A stretch of 64,000 nt of DNA from an uncultured SAR86 cluster bacterium (lineage in GTDB: Bacteria > Pseudomonadota > Gammaproteobacteria > Magnimaribacterales > D2472), in contig CABYNW010000002.1 in NCBI GenBank assembly GCA_902520495.1, positions 67,785 through 131,784 of the forward strand. The letters run 5' to 3'. This document shows positions 19,790 through 29,518 of the stretch, in pieces. Below the pieces are notes generated by a model. That model did not search any database, had not been told where the DNA came from, and worked only from the letters and a program-made list of their open reading frames with translations. A program made the position numbers and the translations under genes. Numbering within the stretch: the first letter of the stretch is position 1; each line of letters starts with the position of its first letter.

Positions 19790-20497
19790 ATGAAAAAATT
19801 TATTTTTAGCTTATTTGCTATTTTTTTAATATCGTCTCAATCAATCTTTGCTGCAGGCTACTTGGCAACTTACTCGATGAAGGTATCAAACCCAGCTGCG
19901 TATGTTGAAGCTCTTGATGAGTTAATGAGTACTGATTGGGGTAAATCATTTGCTGGAGATGTTTCACTTCATCAATATGCTTTCAATGGTTATGATGATG
20001 CTACACATGTTGTTGTATTGAATTATGAAAATTCTGAAAGTTTAGGTGCTGGGACAGAGTCTTTTACGGACCCTGTATTTTTATCATTTTTTGCTAAAAC
20101 TGCCTCAATGGCAGAGCCGGTAGAGCAAACCTTAAACATGAAATTAATAAGTGTATACAATGAAAATCCTGAAGAAGATCAAGTCTATACAATATATAGA
20201 ATGCAAGTAAAAGATGCAGCAGGGTATGCTAAAGAATACACAAAGCTTACAAAGGCCCAGGTCGATGCAGGTAATATTGATGGCAGTTATGGTTTAAGAC
20301 AATTAGTAGCAGGAGATACTAGGTACTATACTCATTATGCGTATACGAGTGCTGGAAGTGTTGCAGAAGCTATGGCATCAGCAGAAACTTTATATAGTAG
20401 CGATTCTTTTGCAAAATTTTCAGATAAAGTTAGTGATAACAGAAGAGTTATGAATATTTCAATTCTAACTAATGTTACTAATTACCCTGCAAATTAA
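19790..20497 (+). CDS. Secreted protein with two tandem ABM/Dabb-like halves, function unknown
   Basis: It has a signal peptide. The internal repeat is YLATYSMKVSNPAAYVEA...THVVVLNYENSES versus YTIYRMQVKDAAGYAKEY...THYAYTSAGSVAE. Confidence 0.5.
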   Translation: MKKFIFSLFAIFLISSQSIFAAGYLATYSMKVSNPAAYVEALDELMSTDWGKSFAGDVSLHQYAFNGYDDATHVVVLNYENSESLGAGTESFTDPVFLSFFAKTASMAEPVEQTLNMKLISVYNENPEEDQVYTIYRMQVKDAAGYAKEYTKLTKAQVDAGNIDGSYGLRQLVAGDTRYYTHYAYTSAGSVAEAMASAETLYSSDSFAKFSDKVSDNRRVMNISILTNVTNYPAN

Positions 20498-20516
20498 CCT
20501 ATTAAATTTTCGTATA

Positions 20517-20541
20517 AAGGGAGCTTTTTGCTCCCTTTTTT
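20517..20541 (+). terminator. Rho-independent terminator
   Basis: GGGAGC-ttttt-GCTCCC followed by T6. Confidence 0.75.
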
Positions 20542-20568
20542 ATTTTTAGCTAATTTATAATATATTCA

Positions 20569-21519
20569 ATGCATATTTATAGAGTTCTATTAGCCTTTTT
20601 TTTACTTTCATCTTGTGGAGGAGGATCTTCAAGTTCAGATAATCAAATCAATACTCCAACAATTCAAACACCAAGCTTAACAAATGAAACATGCTTAAAT
20701 ACCCAAGTAACAGCTCTTAAAAGATGTAATTTAGTTCATGACAGTATTGAAAGATTTTATTATATATATGAGCCGCCTAATCTTGATACCAATTCCAGCA
20801 TTGCTGTTTTATTTGCACTTCATGGATATGGCTCTTCAGCTATGACCCACTTTAACTACACCAACTATGAGCCTATAGCTGATGCAAATAATTTTATCGT
20901 TGTATATCCTCAAGGCACAACTAACAATGGTTTGAATACTCACTGGAATAATGGAGGTTGGACTTCTAAAAGTACTGCTAAAGATATTGAATTTATTGAT
21001 ACAGTTATAGATTATCTTAAACAAAAAATTTCAATCGATGAAACAAGAATATATTCCTCGGGGATGTCTAATGGTGGTTATATGAGTTATCACTTAGCCT
21101 GTAATCTTGATAATACTTTTGCTGCAGTTGTTTCTGTTACAGGTTCAATGACTAATGATACTTTCGATAGTTGTTCACCATCACATCCTACTGCTGCAAT
21201 GCAAATTCATGGAATTCAAGATGCAACTGTTCCTTATCTAGGAAGTGGATGGTCAAAAAGTATAGATGACGTGATTAATTACTGGGTGAACTATAATTCT
21301 TGTGATAATGAACCTGAAAGATTAATTAAATACTCTAGTCAAATGGGACTAATAAATTTTGATACCTACAGCAGTTGTTTAAATAATGTGAATGTTAAAT
21401 TAATCCTTCATCCAGAGATGGGTCATAATTGGCCATATATACAAAATTTCAATATAGATGCCAGTCAAGAAATTTGGGATTTTGTATCAAAATATGATTT
21501 ATACGGTTTAAGAAATTAG
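20569..21519 (+). CDS. Lipoprotein esterase of the PHB-depolymerase/LpqC alpha/beta-hydrolase family
   Basis: The lipobox is LSSC, followed by a Gly/Ser linker. LHGYGSS, VVYPQG and the nucleophile elbow GMSNGG are present. Confidence 0.7.
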   Translation: MHIYRVLLAFFLLSSCGGGSSSSDNQINTPTIQTPSLTNETCLNTQVTALKRCNLVHDSIERFYYIYEPPNLDTNSSIAVLFALHGYGSSAMTHFNYTNYEPIADANNFIVVYPQGTTNNGLNTHWNNGGWTSKSTAKDIEFIDTVIDYLKQKISIDETRIYSSGMSNGGYMSYHLACNLDNTFAAVVSVTGSMTNDTFDSCSPSHPTAAMQIHGIQDATVPYLGSGWSKSIDDVINYWVNYNSCDNEPERLIKYSSQMGLINFDTYSSCLNNVNVKLILHPEMGHNWPYIQNFNIDASQEIWDFVSKYDLYGLRN

Positions 21520-21605
21520 TTACAAAAAATATACATATTTCTAAAAAATTTCATTACATAAGTGTTATATTAATAGGTCGTTTTATTAAATAGAGGAGAA
21601 AAATT

Positions 21606-22034
21606 ATGAGATTTTTATTATTTTCAATGTTGATATTTTCTATATCAGCTTTTGCTCAAGAAGAGTCTTCAAGAGAGCCAGCACCTGGTGTAACTGAGTT
21701 AACCGTAATTAAAGTTAAAGCTAACTATATTGGCGACTATATGGATGGTATTGAAAAAACTTGGGTAGCATCTAATCAAATAGCAAAAGATATGGGCAAA
21801 ATTGTCGATTATGGAGTTTATGTTGGAAACAATAACTATGTATATCTAACAGTCCAGCATGAAAGCTATGCTTCTATGGACTCATCTTATTGGTCTGAAG
21901 AAGAAACAGATGAATTTCAAGAAAAATTTAGAAAAATAATTTCACAAGACGATCAAACAACTACTGCGCAATCCTATGAGGATATTCGTGAGATTGTAAG
22001 AGTTGAAATGATTAATCAAATAATTTTTAAATAG
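21606..22034 (+). CDS. Small secreted protein, function unknown
   Basis: It has a signal peptide ending AFAQ, is 142 aa, and has a GGAG SD. Confidence 0.45.
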   Translation: MRFLLFSMLIFSISAFAQEESSREPAPGVTELTVIKVKANYIGDYMDGIEKTWVASNQIAKDMGKIVDYGVYVGNNNYVYLTVQHESYASMDSSYWSEEETDEFQEKFRKIISQDDQTTTAQSYEDIREIVRVEMINQIIFK

Positions 22035-22043
22035 GAGATATAT

Positions 22044-22796
22044 ATGAAATTTTTGTTAAGTTTAAGCTTGCTTTTAAGTTTTAGTATTTTTGCTGATGAT
22101 CATGACTCAGCTGAATCTGAATGGAATGTTGCTGAATACTATTTAAGTGTTTTTAAAGAAGGAAAAGACATGGATGATATGATGAAATGGGCAGCAAAGT
22201 GGAATGATTGGGCAAATAAAACCGATGATTTCAAGGACTACACAGCTGCTATGCTTGTTCCTTATTATCATAGTGGGGAGCAGCCACATGATTTTGTTTG
22301 GGTTGGAATAAGTCCTAATCCAGAAGCTCATTTTAAAGGAAATGATCATTGGTTTAACAATGGCACAAAACTTCTTGAGGAGCTAAACAAAATTTTAGAA
22401 TCGGGTAATCAAACTACATATACATGGCAAAGAGTTGTTTCTCAAACACCTGGTGGCCAAGCTTCATATGCAGTTTATTCAGATTGCAAACTTGGAGAGG
22501 GAGTTTCAACTGACGACTTTTATAATGCTTATAAAGCTTATGCAAAAGCAGCAAAGAAACTTGGTGATGTTGCTGGAAGGAAAATGATTTTCCCACAATC
22601 TGGCGTTCCTTCGACTTGGGATTATGATTTTGTGCAGTTAGTTACTACAGAAACTATAGCTGATTATGGAAAAAACTGGACAAACTTTTGGAGCGAAGCA
22701 ACTGCTGAAAGCATGCCAGAGCTTAAAGCTTTAACTGATCTAGGTGGCTCTTGTGAAAATGAAAGAACTTACGGTATTGTTCCAGTAAGAAATTAA
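22044..22796 (+). CDS. Secreted two-module protein related to the 6426 and 41666 lipoproteins
   Basis: It has a signal peptide. The second module is YAVYSDCKLGEG...YDFVQLV...NWTNFW...GGSCENERTYG. The first module has the same layout without Cys. Confidence 0.5.
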   Translation: MKFLLSLSLLLSFSIFADDHDSAESEWNVAEYYLSVFKEGKDMDDMMKWAAKWNDWANKTDDFKDYTAAMLVPYYHSGEQPHDFVWVGISPNPEAHFKGNDHWFNNGTKLLEELNKILESGNQTTYTWQRVVSQTPGGQASYAVYSDCKLGEGVSTDDFYNAYKAYAKAAKKLGDVAGRKMIFPQSGVPSTWDYDFVQLVTTETIADYGKNWTNFWSEATAESMPELKALTDLGGSCENERTYGIVPVRN

Positions 22797-22813
22797 AATT
22801 TTTTTAATTAAGA

Positions 22814-22842
22814 AAAGGAAGCTAAATGCTTCCTTTTTTTTT
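22814..22842 (+). terminator. Rho-independent terminator
   Basis: AGGAAGC-taaat-GCTTCCT followed by T8. It lies inside the ORF-track N-terminal extension of the next gene. Confidence 0.8.
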
Positions 22843-22852
22843 ATTCATAAAA

Positions 22853-24007
22853 ATGCATAATAATTTTGTGAGTATCTATAAAAATCATATCGCAATTATA
22901 GGAGCTGGTATATCTGGGCTTACTTTAGGAATTGTTTTAAAAAAGGAAAAAATCCCTTGTGTTATTTTTGAAAAATTCTCTTCAATAAGTGAATATGGTG
23001 CCGGAATATCGATATCCCGAAATGGGCAAAAAGTTTTAAAGGAGTTAAAGGTTTTAGATGAGTTGAAACTTGTTTCAGGTAATCCAAAAAAAGCAAATTT
23101 TATTTATGCTAATAATGAAATTACTTCTTTAGATATTGATCATATTACTACTTCAAGGAAGGCGCTCCATAAAGTTCTACTTGAAAAATACTTATCAGCC
23201 AATGGAGAGATAAATTTTAATTTTGAATTAACTGATATAGATATTAATAACAAATTATTATCATTCTCAAATAATAAAAATTTTAATGTCGGACATATTG
23301 CTGCATGCGATGGGATTAAATCAATTTGTAGAAAATCAGTGTTAGAAAATAAATCAAAGCCATCGTATAGCGGATACTCTGTATGGAGATCGATAATTAA
23401 CGAAAAACAAAATGAAGTAGAATTTCATTTAGGACCATGCTTTCATGTAGTCACATATCCTATTAATAGTTCAAAAATGAGTTTTGTCGCGGCCTTTAAA
23501 TCACATAAAGCTAGCATAGAATCATGGAAATCAAAAGGAAGTTTTAATGATCTCCAGAAATTATTACCTAAATATATTTTAGAAAAATACTCATCATTAA
23601 AAAATAATGATGAATTATATAAATGGGGTGTTTATATAAGAGAAGATGTAGATACTTTATATATGAAAAATATAACTTTCCTTGGTGATGCAGCCCATCC
23701 AATAGTTCCTTTTATGGGCCAGGGAGGTTGTTTAGCTCTTGAAGATGGATATATTTTTGGAAATTTAGTAGCTAAATACAAAAATGATATAAAAAAATCT
23801 CAATTACTATATAAGGATTTAAGATTTAATAGAGTAAAGAAAATTCATCGTGAATCTTTAAAACAAGGCAAATTAAATCATCTCAAAAATCCAGTTTTAA
23901 TCTTTATTAGAAATTCATTGATGAAATATACAAATATTATTCATATTATGACTAAAAAAATTTGGGATTATGATTCAAAAGACATAATAAATAAGGTTAT
24001 TAATTAA
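22853..24007 (+). CDS. FAD-dependent aromatic-ring monooxygenase (salicylate hydroxylase/UbiH-like)
   Basis: IAIIGAGISGLTLG (GxGxxG), ACDGIKS and LGDAAHPIVPFMGQGGCLALEDG are present. The start is trimmed to the ATG at 22853. Confidence 0.8.
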   Translation: MHNNFVSIYKNHIAIIGAGISGLTLGIVLKKEKIPCVIFEKFSSISEYGAGISISRNGQKVLKELKVLDELKLVSGNPKKANFIYANNEITSLDIDHITTSRKALHKVLLEKYLSANGEINFNFELTDIDINNKLLSFSNNKNFNVGHIAACDGIKSICRKSVLENKSKPSYSGYSVWRSIINEKQNEVEFHLGPCFHVVTYPINSSKMSFVAAFKSHKASIESWKSKGSFNDLQKLLPKYILEKYSSLKNNDELYKWGVYIREDVDTLYMKNITFLGDAAHPIVPFMGQGGCLALEDGYIFGNLVAKYKNDIKKSQLLYKDLRFNRVKKIHRESLKQGKLNHLKNPVLIFIRNSLMKYTNIIHIMTKKIWDYDSKDIINKVIN

Positions 24008-24041
24008 TAATTTGTTTTTTGACTAAGCTATAATTGGATTA

Positions 24042-26243
24042 ATGAAATTCATAAATGAATTAAAAAACTTTTTAGGTTTCAAAAACTCGAAACCTAAAGA
24101 GATATCACTAAAAATATCGACACATCTAAGCGATTTTGTGAATGATGAAGTTCTTCCAGGATTAAATTTTTCATCTAATTATTTTTGGTCTTCATTTGAA
24201 AATATTCTTGATAAATTTTCTAAACGAAATATAGAACTCTTAGTTAAAAGAGAAGAATTACAAGGCTTAATTGATCAATGGCATATAGATACAAGAGATT
24301 CTGGTTTTAAACTAGAGGAATATAAAGAATTTTTGACTAAAATTGGTTATTTGGTACCTAGAAGCAAAGATTTTTTAATTACCACTAGAGACGTAGATCC
24401 TGAAATTAGAAAGATTGCCGGGCCTCAACTTGTTGTTCCTGTGATGAACGCAAGATTTGCATTAAATGCGACTAATGCAAGATGGGGCAGTCTTTATGAT
24501 GCTTTATATGGAACAGATATTATTGATGAGGAGGAAGGAGCACAAAGGGAGGGTGGATATAATCCAATTAGAGGAGGGAAAGTTATTGCTTTTGCAAAAG
24601 ACTTTTTAGACCAAACTATTCCTTTAAATATTGGTAAATATAAAGATGTAATTAATTTTGAATTTATTAATAGCAAGCTTTCTTTAACACTCATAGATAA
24701 ATCAAAAACAAATTTAAAAGACGACAATCAATACATTGGTTATATGGATAAAGGATCAGGAGCATATGGTCTTCTATTTAAAAACAACAACTTACATTTT
24801 GAAATACAAATAGATAGCTCTCATCCAATTGGTCAAGACGATCCAGCAGGCATAAAAGATATATTGATGGAATCAGCAATTACTACAATTCAAGATTGTG
24901 AAGATTCAGTAGCTGCTGTAGATGCCGAAGACAAGATTATTGTTTATAGGAACTGGTTGGGATTAATGAAAGGAAATTTAAAAAGGTCTTTTGATAAAAA
25001 TGGTAAATTTATAACTAGAGAGCTAAGCCCTGATCGAAAATACCTTTTAAAAAATGGAAAAATGATCTTATTACCTGGAAGAAGCCTGCTTCTTGTAAGG
25101 AATGTAGGACATTTAATGACAAATCCTGCTATTAAAGATAAAAATGGCAATGAGGTTCCTGAAGGCATTATGGATGCATTCTTCACTACATGCATTTCAA
25201 TTCATGACATTATTGGTAATGGTGTTTATAAAAATTCAAAAACTAAAAGCATCTATATAGTCAAACCAAAAATGCATGGTCCTGAAGAAGTACAATTTTC
25301 TTGTGATTTATTTGAAGAGATTGAGAAAGTATTTAGTCTTCCTTTAAATACTATCAAAATAGGAATAATGGATGAGGAAAGAAGAACGACACTAAATTTA
25401 AAAGAATGCATAGAAGTTGCGAAAGAAAGAGTAATTTTTATAAATACAGGATTTTTAGATAGAACAGGTGATGAAATTCATACAAGTATGGAAGCTGGTC
25501 CTATGGTTCCAAAGGCTGATATGAAAAACGAAGAATGGATTAAGGCTTATGAAAATTGGAATGTAGATATAGGTTTGGAAACTGGATTTTTGGGAAATGC
25601 ACAAATTGGAAAAGGTATGTGGCCAATGCCAGACGAAATGTTAGAAATGTATAAAACAAAAATGGTCCATCCCTTAGCTGGAGCTAATTGTGCATGGGTT
25701 CCGTCTCCAACCGCAGCAACCCTTCATGCTATCCATTATCATCAGATTTTTGTTAAAAATGAGCAAGAAAAATTACTTAAAAGAGAGAAGGCTAATTTAG
25801 ATGATTTATTAAAAATACCTTGTATGAAAGAAGATGAATTTCCATCAAAAGAAGATATACAAGATGAGTTAGAAAATAATGCTCAGGGGATATTAGGGTA
25901 TGTAGTTAGATGGATAGATCAAGGCATAGGCTGTTCAAAAGTTCCTGATATTAATAATGTAGGTTTAATGGAAGATAGAGCAACATGCAGAATATCAAGT
26001 CAGCATATTGCAAACTGGCTTCATCATAATCTATGCACTGAAAAAGAAGTGATTAATGTAATGAAAAAAATGGCCGTAATAGTAGACCAACAAAATAAAC
26101 ATGATGTCGATTATAAAAATATGTCACCTTCTTTTGATGGCATTGCTTTTAAAGCAGCTTGCGATCTTGCAATAAAAGGTAAATATCAACCAAGTGGATA
26201 TACAGAACCGATTCTTCATAAAATGAGAATTAGAAGAAAATAA
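24042..26243 (+). CDS. glcB: Malate synthase G
   Basis: It is 733 aa. [48 protein letters not shown] and [14 protein letters not shown] are typical of GlcB. Confidence 0.92.
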   Translation: MKFINELKNFLGFKNSKPKEISLKISTHLSDFVNDEVLPGLNFSSNYFWSSFENILDKFSKRNIELLVKREELQGLIDQWHIDTRDSGFKLEEYKEFLTKIGYLVPRSKDFLITTRDVDPEIRKIAGPQLVVPVMNARFALNATNARWGSLYDALYGTDIIDEEEGAQREGGYNPIRGGKVIAFAKDFLDQTIPLNIGKYKDVINFEFINSKLSLTLIDKSKTNLKDDNQYIGYMDKGSGAYGLLFKNNNLHFEIQIDSSHPIGQDDPAGIKDILMESAITTIQDCEDSVAAVDAEDKIIVYRNWLGLMKGNLKRSFDKNGKFITRELSPDRKYLLKNGKMILLPGRSLLLVRNVGHLMTNPAIKDKNGNEVPEGIMDAFFTTCISIHDIIGNGVYKNSKTKSIYIVKPKMHGPEEVQFSCDLFEEIEKVFSLPLNTIKIGIMDEERRTTLNLKECIEVAKERVIFINTGFLDRTGDEIHTSMEAGPMVPKADMKNEEWIKAYENWNVDIGLETGFLGNAQIGKGMWPMPDEMLEMYKTKMVHPLAGANCAWVPSPTAATLHAIHYHQIFVKNEQEKLLKREKANLDDLLKIPCMKEDEFPSKEDIQDELENNAQGILGYVVRWIDQGIGCSKVPDINNVGLMEDRATCRISSQHIANWLHHNLCTEKEVINVMKKMAVIVDQQNKHDVDYKNMSPSFDGIAFKAACDLAIKGKYQPSGYTEPILHKMRIRRK

Positions 26244-26244
26244 A

Positions 26245-26532
26245 ATGAGCAAAGCTTACTGGGTTGTTAGAGGTAATATCCATGATACAAAAGAGTATTC
26301 CAAATATATAGAAATCGCATCAAATATAATTAGTGAATTTGATGGTAAATTTTTGGTAAGAGGCGGCGAACAATCTGAATTTGAAATTAAAGGTTATGAT
26401 AGGACAGTTATCGTAGAATTTAATTCTTATAAAGATGCTCTTGATTGTTATAATTCAGATAAGTATCAATCAGCTTTAGAAATAGTAGGGAAGTCCGCAA
26501 CAAGACTTGTATCAATAGTTAAAGGCATTTAA
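26245..26532 (+). CDS. DUF1330-family small protein
   Basis: It is 95 aa. The pattern is AYWVVRGNIHD...Y...A...I..F.GKFLVRGG...E. It starts 2 nt after the glcB stop. Confidence 0.6.
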   Translation: MSKAYWVVRGNIHDTKEYSKYIEIASNIISEFDGKFLVRGGEQSEFEIKGYDRTVIVEFNSYKDALDCYNSDKYQSALEIVGKSATRLVSIVKGI

Positions 26533-27671
26533 ACCTTTTGTTTATCAGTTTCATCCCTATGTTTTTTTAGGTACTTCATAAAAGGTGTCCCGCCCGTACC
26601 TCTTATAGTCGAACCACCTGTTCCAAAGGGATTTTTAATTTGTGATTGTTTGTGTATATACGAGGCAGCATACTCCAAGTGTTGTGCTCTGAATTGTCTT
26701 ATTTCTTCAAGACAATGGTTATATTCTTTAACTAACTTTTTAGATTTATTGATATAAGTTTTTACTTTAGATCTTTTTTCAATATCATCGATCATTTTTC
26801 TATGAGTTGGCGGCATGTAGTCTCTCATTTCATTAAGGTAAGGTCTTAAATTATCATTACTATGCTTGATACCAAGAGCTCCATCAAGAAATGGAATTAT
26901 ACTACTTTGAGCACCTGTCTCACCTCTAAAAAATTGAGGTTTGTTATCAAATTGATTTTCATATATCAAACCATTTTTAAGATCTGGATTATTCTTAGTT
27001 CCAAAAATATATGGCCTAACTCTATGATAATAAATATAAGGATCGCATTTATCAGGCATTTTTGAAAAAATTTCATTAACATTTTTCAAAGACTTGATAA
27101 TTTTTTTAAGCTCTAATGAAAATTCCCTTACTTTACTATTTTCATTCAACTTTGATAGATTGTTGGCTGCAATTATTGCATCAGTCGCTGCATCTTCAAT
27201 ACAAACATGAATTGTCACAAACCAGTCCTCGTCTACACCTCCTAAGAAATTATTAATTAGTGCTACATTATCAAGTGAGATGGGTTGATTGTTATCAATC
27301 TTGTACCAGTTATCTAAACAGTAACTTGCATAACTTAATATTGGCGGTCGCCCAATATAATTTGAAACTTTCACCCATGGTTTTGAAATAACCTCAGGAA
27401 GAACTGAGTTTGGTTTAATGCCTCCCCAGATATATGCATGAGCAATAAAACTTAGATGAGACATTGCAAGATTTATTTCTTTAATATTTTTATTTGTAAA
27501 TAACTTATTTACTGATAAAGCATCTTTATTAAGACGATCAATAGTAGGCTGAACTTTATCAGTTAATAAAATTTTGGGAAGACTTGATGCAATATTTGAT
27601 AACAAATTTAATGATTTAGATTTAGTTTTAAATGACTTTAAGGGAGGTGTTTTAGGAAAAAAAGTGTTCAT
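26529..27671 (-). CDS. Indoleamine 2,3-dioxygenase (IDO)-family haem protein
   Basis: RPPILSYASYCLDNW, FFRGETGAQSSIIPFLDGALGI and GTGGTPFMKYLKKHRDET match the IDO signatures GGSAGQSS and GTGGT as I recall them. Confidence 0.65.
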   Translation of the reverse strand: MNTFFPKTPPLKSFKTKSKSLNLLSNIASSLPKILLTDKVQPTIDRLNKDALSVNKLFTNKNIKEINLAMSHLSFIAHAYIWGGIKPNSVLPEVISKPWVKVSNYIGRPPILSYASYCLDNWYKIDNNQPISLDNVALINNFLGGVDEDWFVTIHVCIEDAATDAIIAANNLSKLNENSKVREFSLELKKIIKSLKNVNEIFSKMPDKCDPYIYYHRVRPYIFGTKNNPDLKNGLIYENQFDNKPQFFRGETGAQSSIIPFLDGALGIKHSNDNLRPYLNEMRDYMPPTHRKMIDDIEKRSKVKTYINKSKKLVKEYNHCLEEIRQFRAQHLEYAASYIHKQSQIKNPFGTGGSTIRGTGGTPFMKYLKKHRDETDKQKV

Positions 27672-27759
27672 AATTTATATATATTAAACGACTTATTTAT
27701 ATAAAAATACTATTAGTTTTTATCAATTTAAAATAATTAAACTTTTTTCATAAAAAGTG

Positions 27760-27787
27760 TTGACAACTATTTTAGTAAGAGTAATAT
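27760..27787 (+). promoter_or_regulatory. Strong sigma70-like promoter with no ORF behind it
   Basis: TTGACA (27760-27765), a 16-bp spacer, then TAATAT (27782-27787). Confidence 0.45.
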
Positions 27788-27793
27788 TAACTA

Positions 27794-28017
27794 TATCGAA
27801 GGCAACCGACTAGAAGCTAACTGCAGACAGAAGTTCTAGAGAGAAGCCAGAAGAAGAGACCGAAGGGAGAAAGCATTTACAAGAGTCGACAATAAAAAAG
27901 AGCTTGTAGATCCACCAAGAGTTCAAGAGAAAGAGCTCGAGGCGCTAAAGAAAATCTCACTTTAGACCCCTGAGGAACTCGATTTTAAAGAAACAGAGCT
28001 AGCCTCTGTTTTTTTTT
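27794..28017 (+). ncRNA. Candidate ~220-nt sRNA or terminator-containing leader upstream of pyk, class unknown
   Basis: It is bracketed by the promoter above and the intrinsic terminator AACAGAG-ctagc-CTCTGTT+T8 (27992-28017). It contains no ATG. G+C is 38/80 across 27801-27880 by hand count, against much more AT-rich flanks. It is strongly purine-rich (26/30 across 27841-27870), with reiterated AGAAG/AAGAG motifs. An internal hairpin pairs CTAAAG (27945-27950) with CTTTAG (27960-27965). Confidence 0.4.
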
Positions 28018-28057
28018 GTCTTGCATTAACTCATTTAATCATTATTATTCAGTTGTT

Positions 28058-29470
28058 ATGAGTTTTACTAGGTCTAAAATTATCTGCACAATTGGTCCTG
28101 CTACCAATTCATTAGCTATGTTACGTAAACTGCATAAAGCAGGAATGAATGTAGTAAGAATAAATATGTCTCATGCTACGCATAAATCGGCAGTTTCCAT
28201 TATCTCAAAAATAAACAAAATAAATAATGAAACAGATAAATTAACTCAAAAAATAGGTATCTTGCTTGATACACAAGGCCCAGAGATACGAACTGGTGAT
28301 ACTTCATTACCCATAGAACTTGAGGTTGGTGATGAGGTTACTTTAACAATAAGAGATCAGATTGATGTTGAGACGTCGTCTATTAAAGTTAATTATAAAG
28401 ATCTTGTTCACAGTGTAGATGTTGGCTCTAGAATATCAGTAGATAATGGATTGATTAATTTTAAAGTTTTATCAAAAGATTCAGAAACTCTTTTATGTAA
28501 AGTTCTTCATGGTGGAAAATTGGGTTCAAAAAGACATGTAAATTTACCAGGAGTAAGAGTAAATTTACCATCGATTACTGCAAAGGATATTGAAGATATA
28601 GATTTTGGTATTAAACATGATGTTGATTTTATAGCTGCCTCATTTGTTAGAAATAAAAATGATCTTGAAAAGCTTGATGAAATATTAAAAAAGAACAAAT
28701 CTCCAGCAAAGATAATAGCAAAAATTGAAAACCAAGACGGTCTTGATAATATAGATGAGATTTGTCAATCAGCTTGGGGAGTTATGGTTGCAAGAGGTGA
28801 TCTAGGAATTGAAACTAGCTTAACTGATTTACCCAATATACAAAGAAATATTATGTATGCTTGTGCAAAATGGGGCAAAAGATCAATTGTTGCAACTCAC
28901 TTACTTGAATCAATGATAAACAACCCTACACCAACAAGAGCTGAAGTTACTGATATTGCAAATGCAATATATGAAGGTGCTGATGCAATTATGCTATCTG
29001 GAGAAACGGGTATAGGTAAGTATCCTGTGGATTGCGTTGATTTCTTGAAATCTATTTCATTTAAAACTGAAAAATTTAAAACTCTTGGATATGAAAAAAA
29101 TCTAATTACCGAATCTGATTGGGAATATATTGCTGTTGCTGCAAAAAATCTTGCTGAATCTATAAAAGCTGATGGAATAATTGCCGTAACTAGAACTGGT
29201 GCAACCGCAAGCTATATCTCAAATGCAAAACCGAGTGGTATTCCAATTTTTACCTTTACAAACAACAAATCAACCCTTAAGCAATTATCGCTGGTTGGAT
29301 CTACTTTATCTTTTTACATACCAACACTAAATAATCATGACAAAACTCTTAAAAAGGCTGAGAGAGTATTAAAAGAATATTATAAGAAGAAAAAGAATTT
29401 AAAATTTATAATGGTGTCTGGAATTTTTTCAGAAGATCATTCAGAAGCAATACAAATAATTAATTTTTAA
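28058..29470 (+). CDS. pyk: Pyruvate kinase
   Basis: KIICTIGPAT, MNVVRINMSHATH, DTQGPEIRTG and MVARGDLGIE are present. The start is trimmed to the ATG at 28058, downstream of the terminator. Confidence 0.9.
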   Translation: MSFTRSKIICTIGPATNSLAMLRKLHKAGMNVVRINMSHATHKSAVSIISKINKINNETDKLTQKIGILLDTQGPEIRTGDTSLPIELEVGDEVTLTIRDQIDVETSSIKVNYKDLVHSVDVGSRISVDNGLINFKVLSKDSETLLCKVLHGGKLGSKRHVNLPGVRVNLPSITAKDIEDIDFGIKHDVDFIAASFVRNKNDLEKLDEILKKNKSPAKIIAKIENQDGLDNIDEICQSAWGVMVARGDLGIETSLTDLPNIQRNIMYACAKWGKRSIVATHLLESMINNPTPTRAEVTDIANAIYEGADAIMLSGETGIGKYPVDCVDFLKSISFKTEKFKTLGYEKNLITESDWEYIAVAAKNLAESIKADGIIAVTRTGATASYISNAKPSGIPIFTFTNNKSTLKQLSLVGSTLSFYIPTLNNHDKTLKKAERVLKEYYKKKKNLKFIMVSGIFSEDHSEAIQIINF

Positions 29471-29518
29471 ATATCAATACTAAAAGTATTGTAAAATTTA
29501 ATTATTATAGGAGTTGCT

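Noticed and set aside
19628-24007. A possible tRNA-Gly-associated genomic island. The same idea applies downstream of tRNA-Gly(UCC) at 42448.
   Set aside because: I could see no integrase, no direct repeat of the tRNA 3' end, no compositional shift and no mobile-element genes.
27820-28005. A cluster of 6-bp palindromes in the same element (CTGCAG, TCTAGA, GTCGAC, GAGCTC, CTCGAG, GCTAGC, TTTAAA) that resembles a polylinker or cloning artefact.
   Set aside because: About 3-4 palindromic hexamers are expected by chance in ~220 nt, so the excess is modest. The element has a native-looking promoter and terminator, and no vector-like flanks.
27796-28017. One reading frame through the purine-rich element looks protein-like (…REARRRDRREKAFTRVDNKKELVDPPRVQEKELEALKKISL…) if two in-frame TAG codons are read through.
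   Set aside because: It has no ATG, GTG or TTG start with an SD. T-poor purine-rich sequence is expected to be depleted in stop codons by chance. Invoking TAG recoding has no other support in the window.
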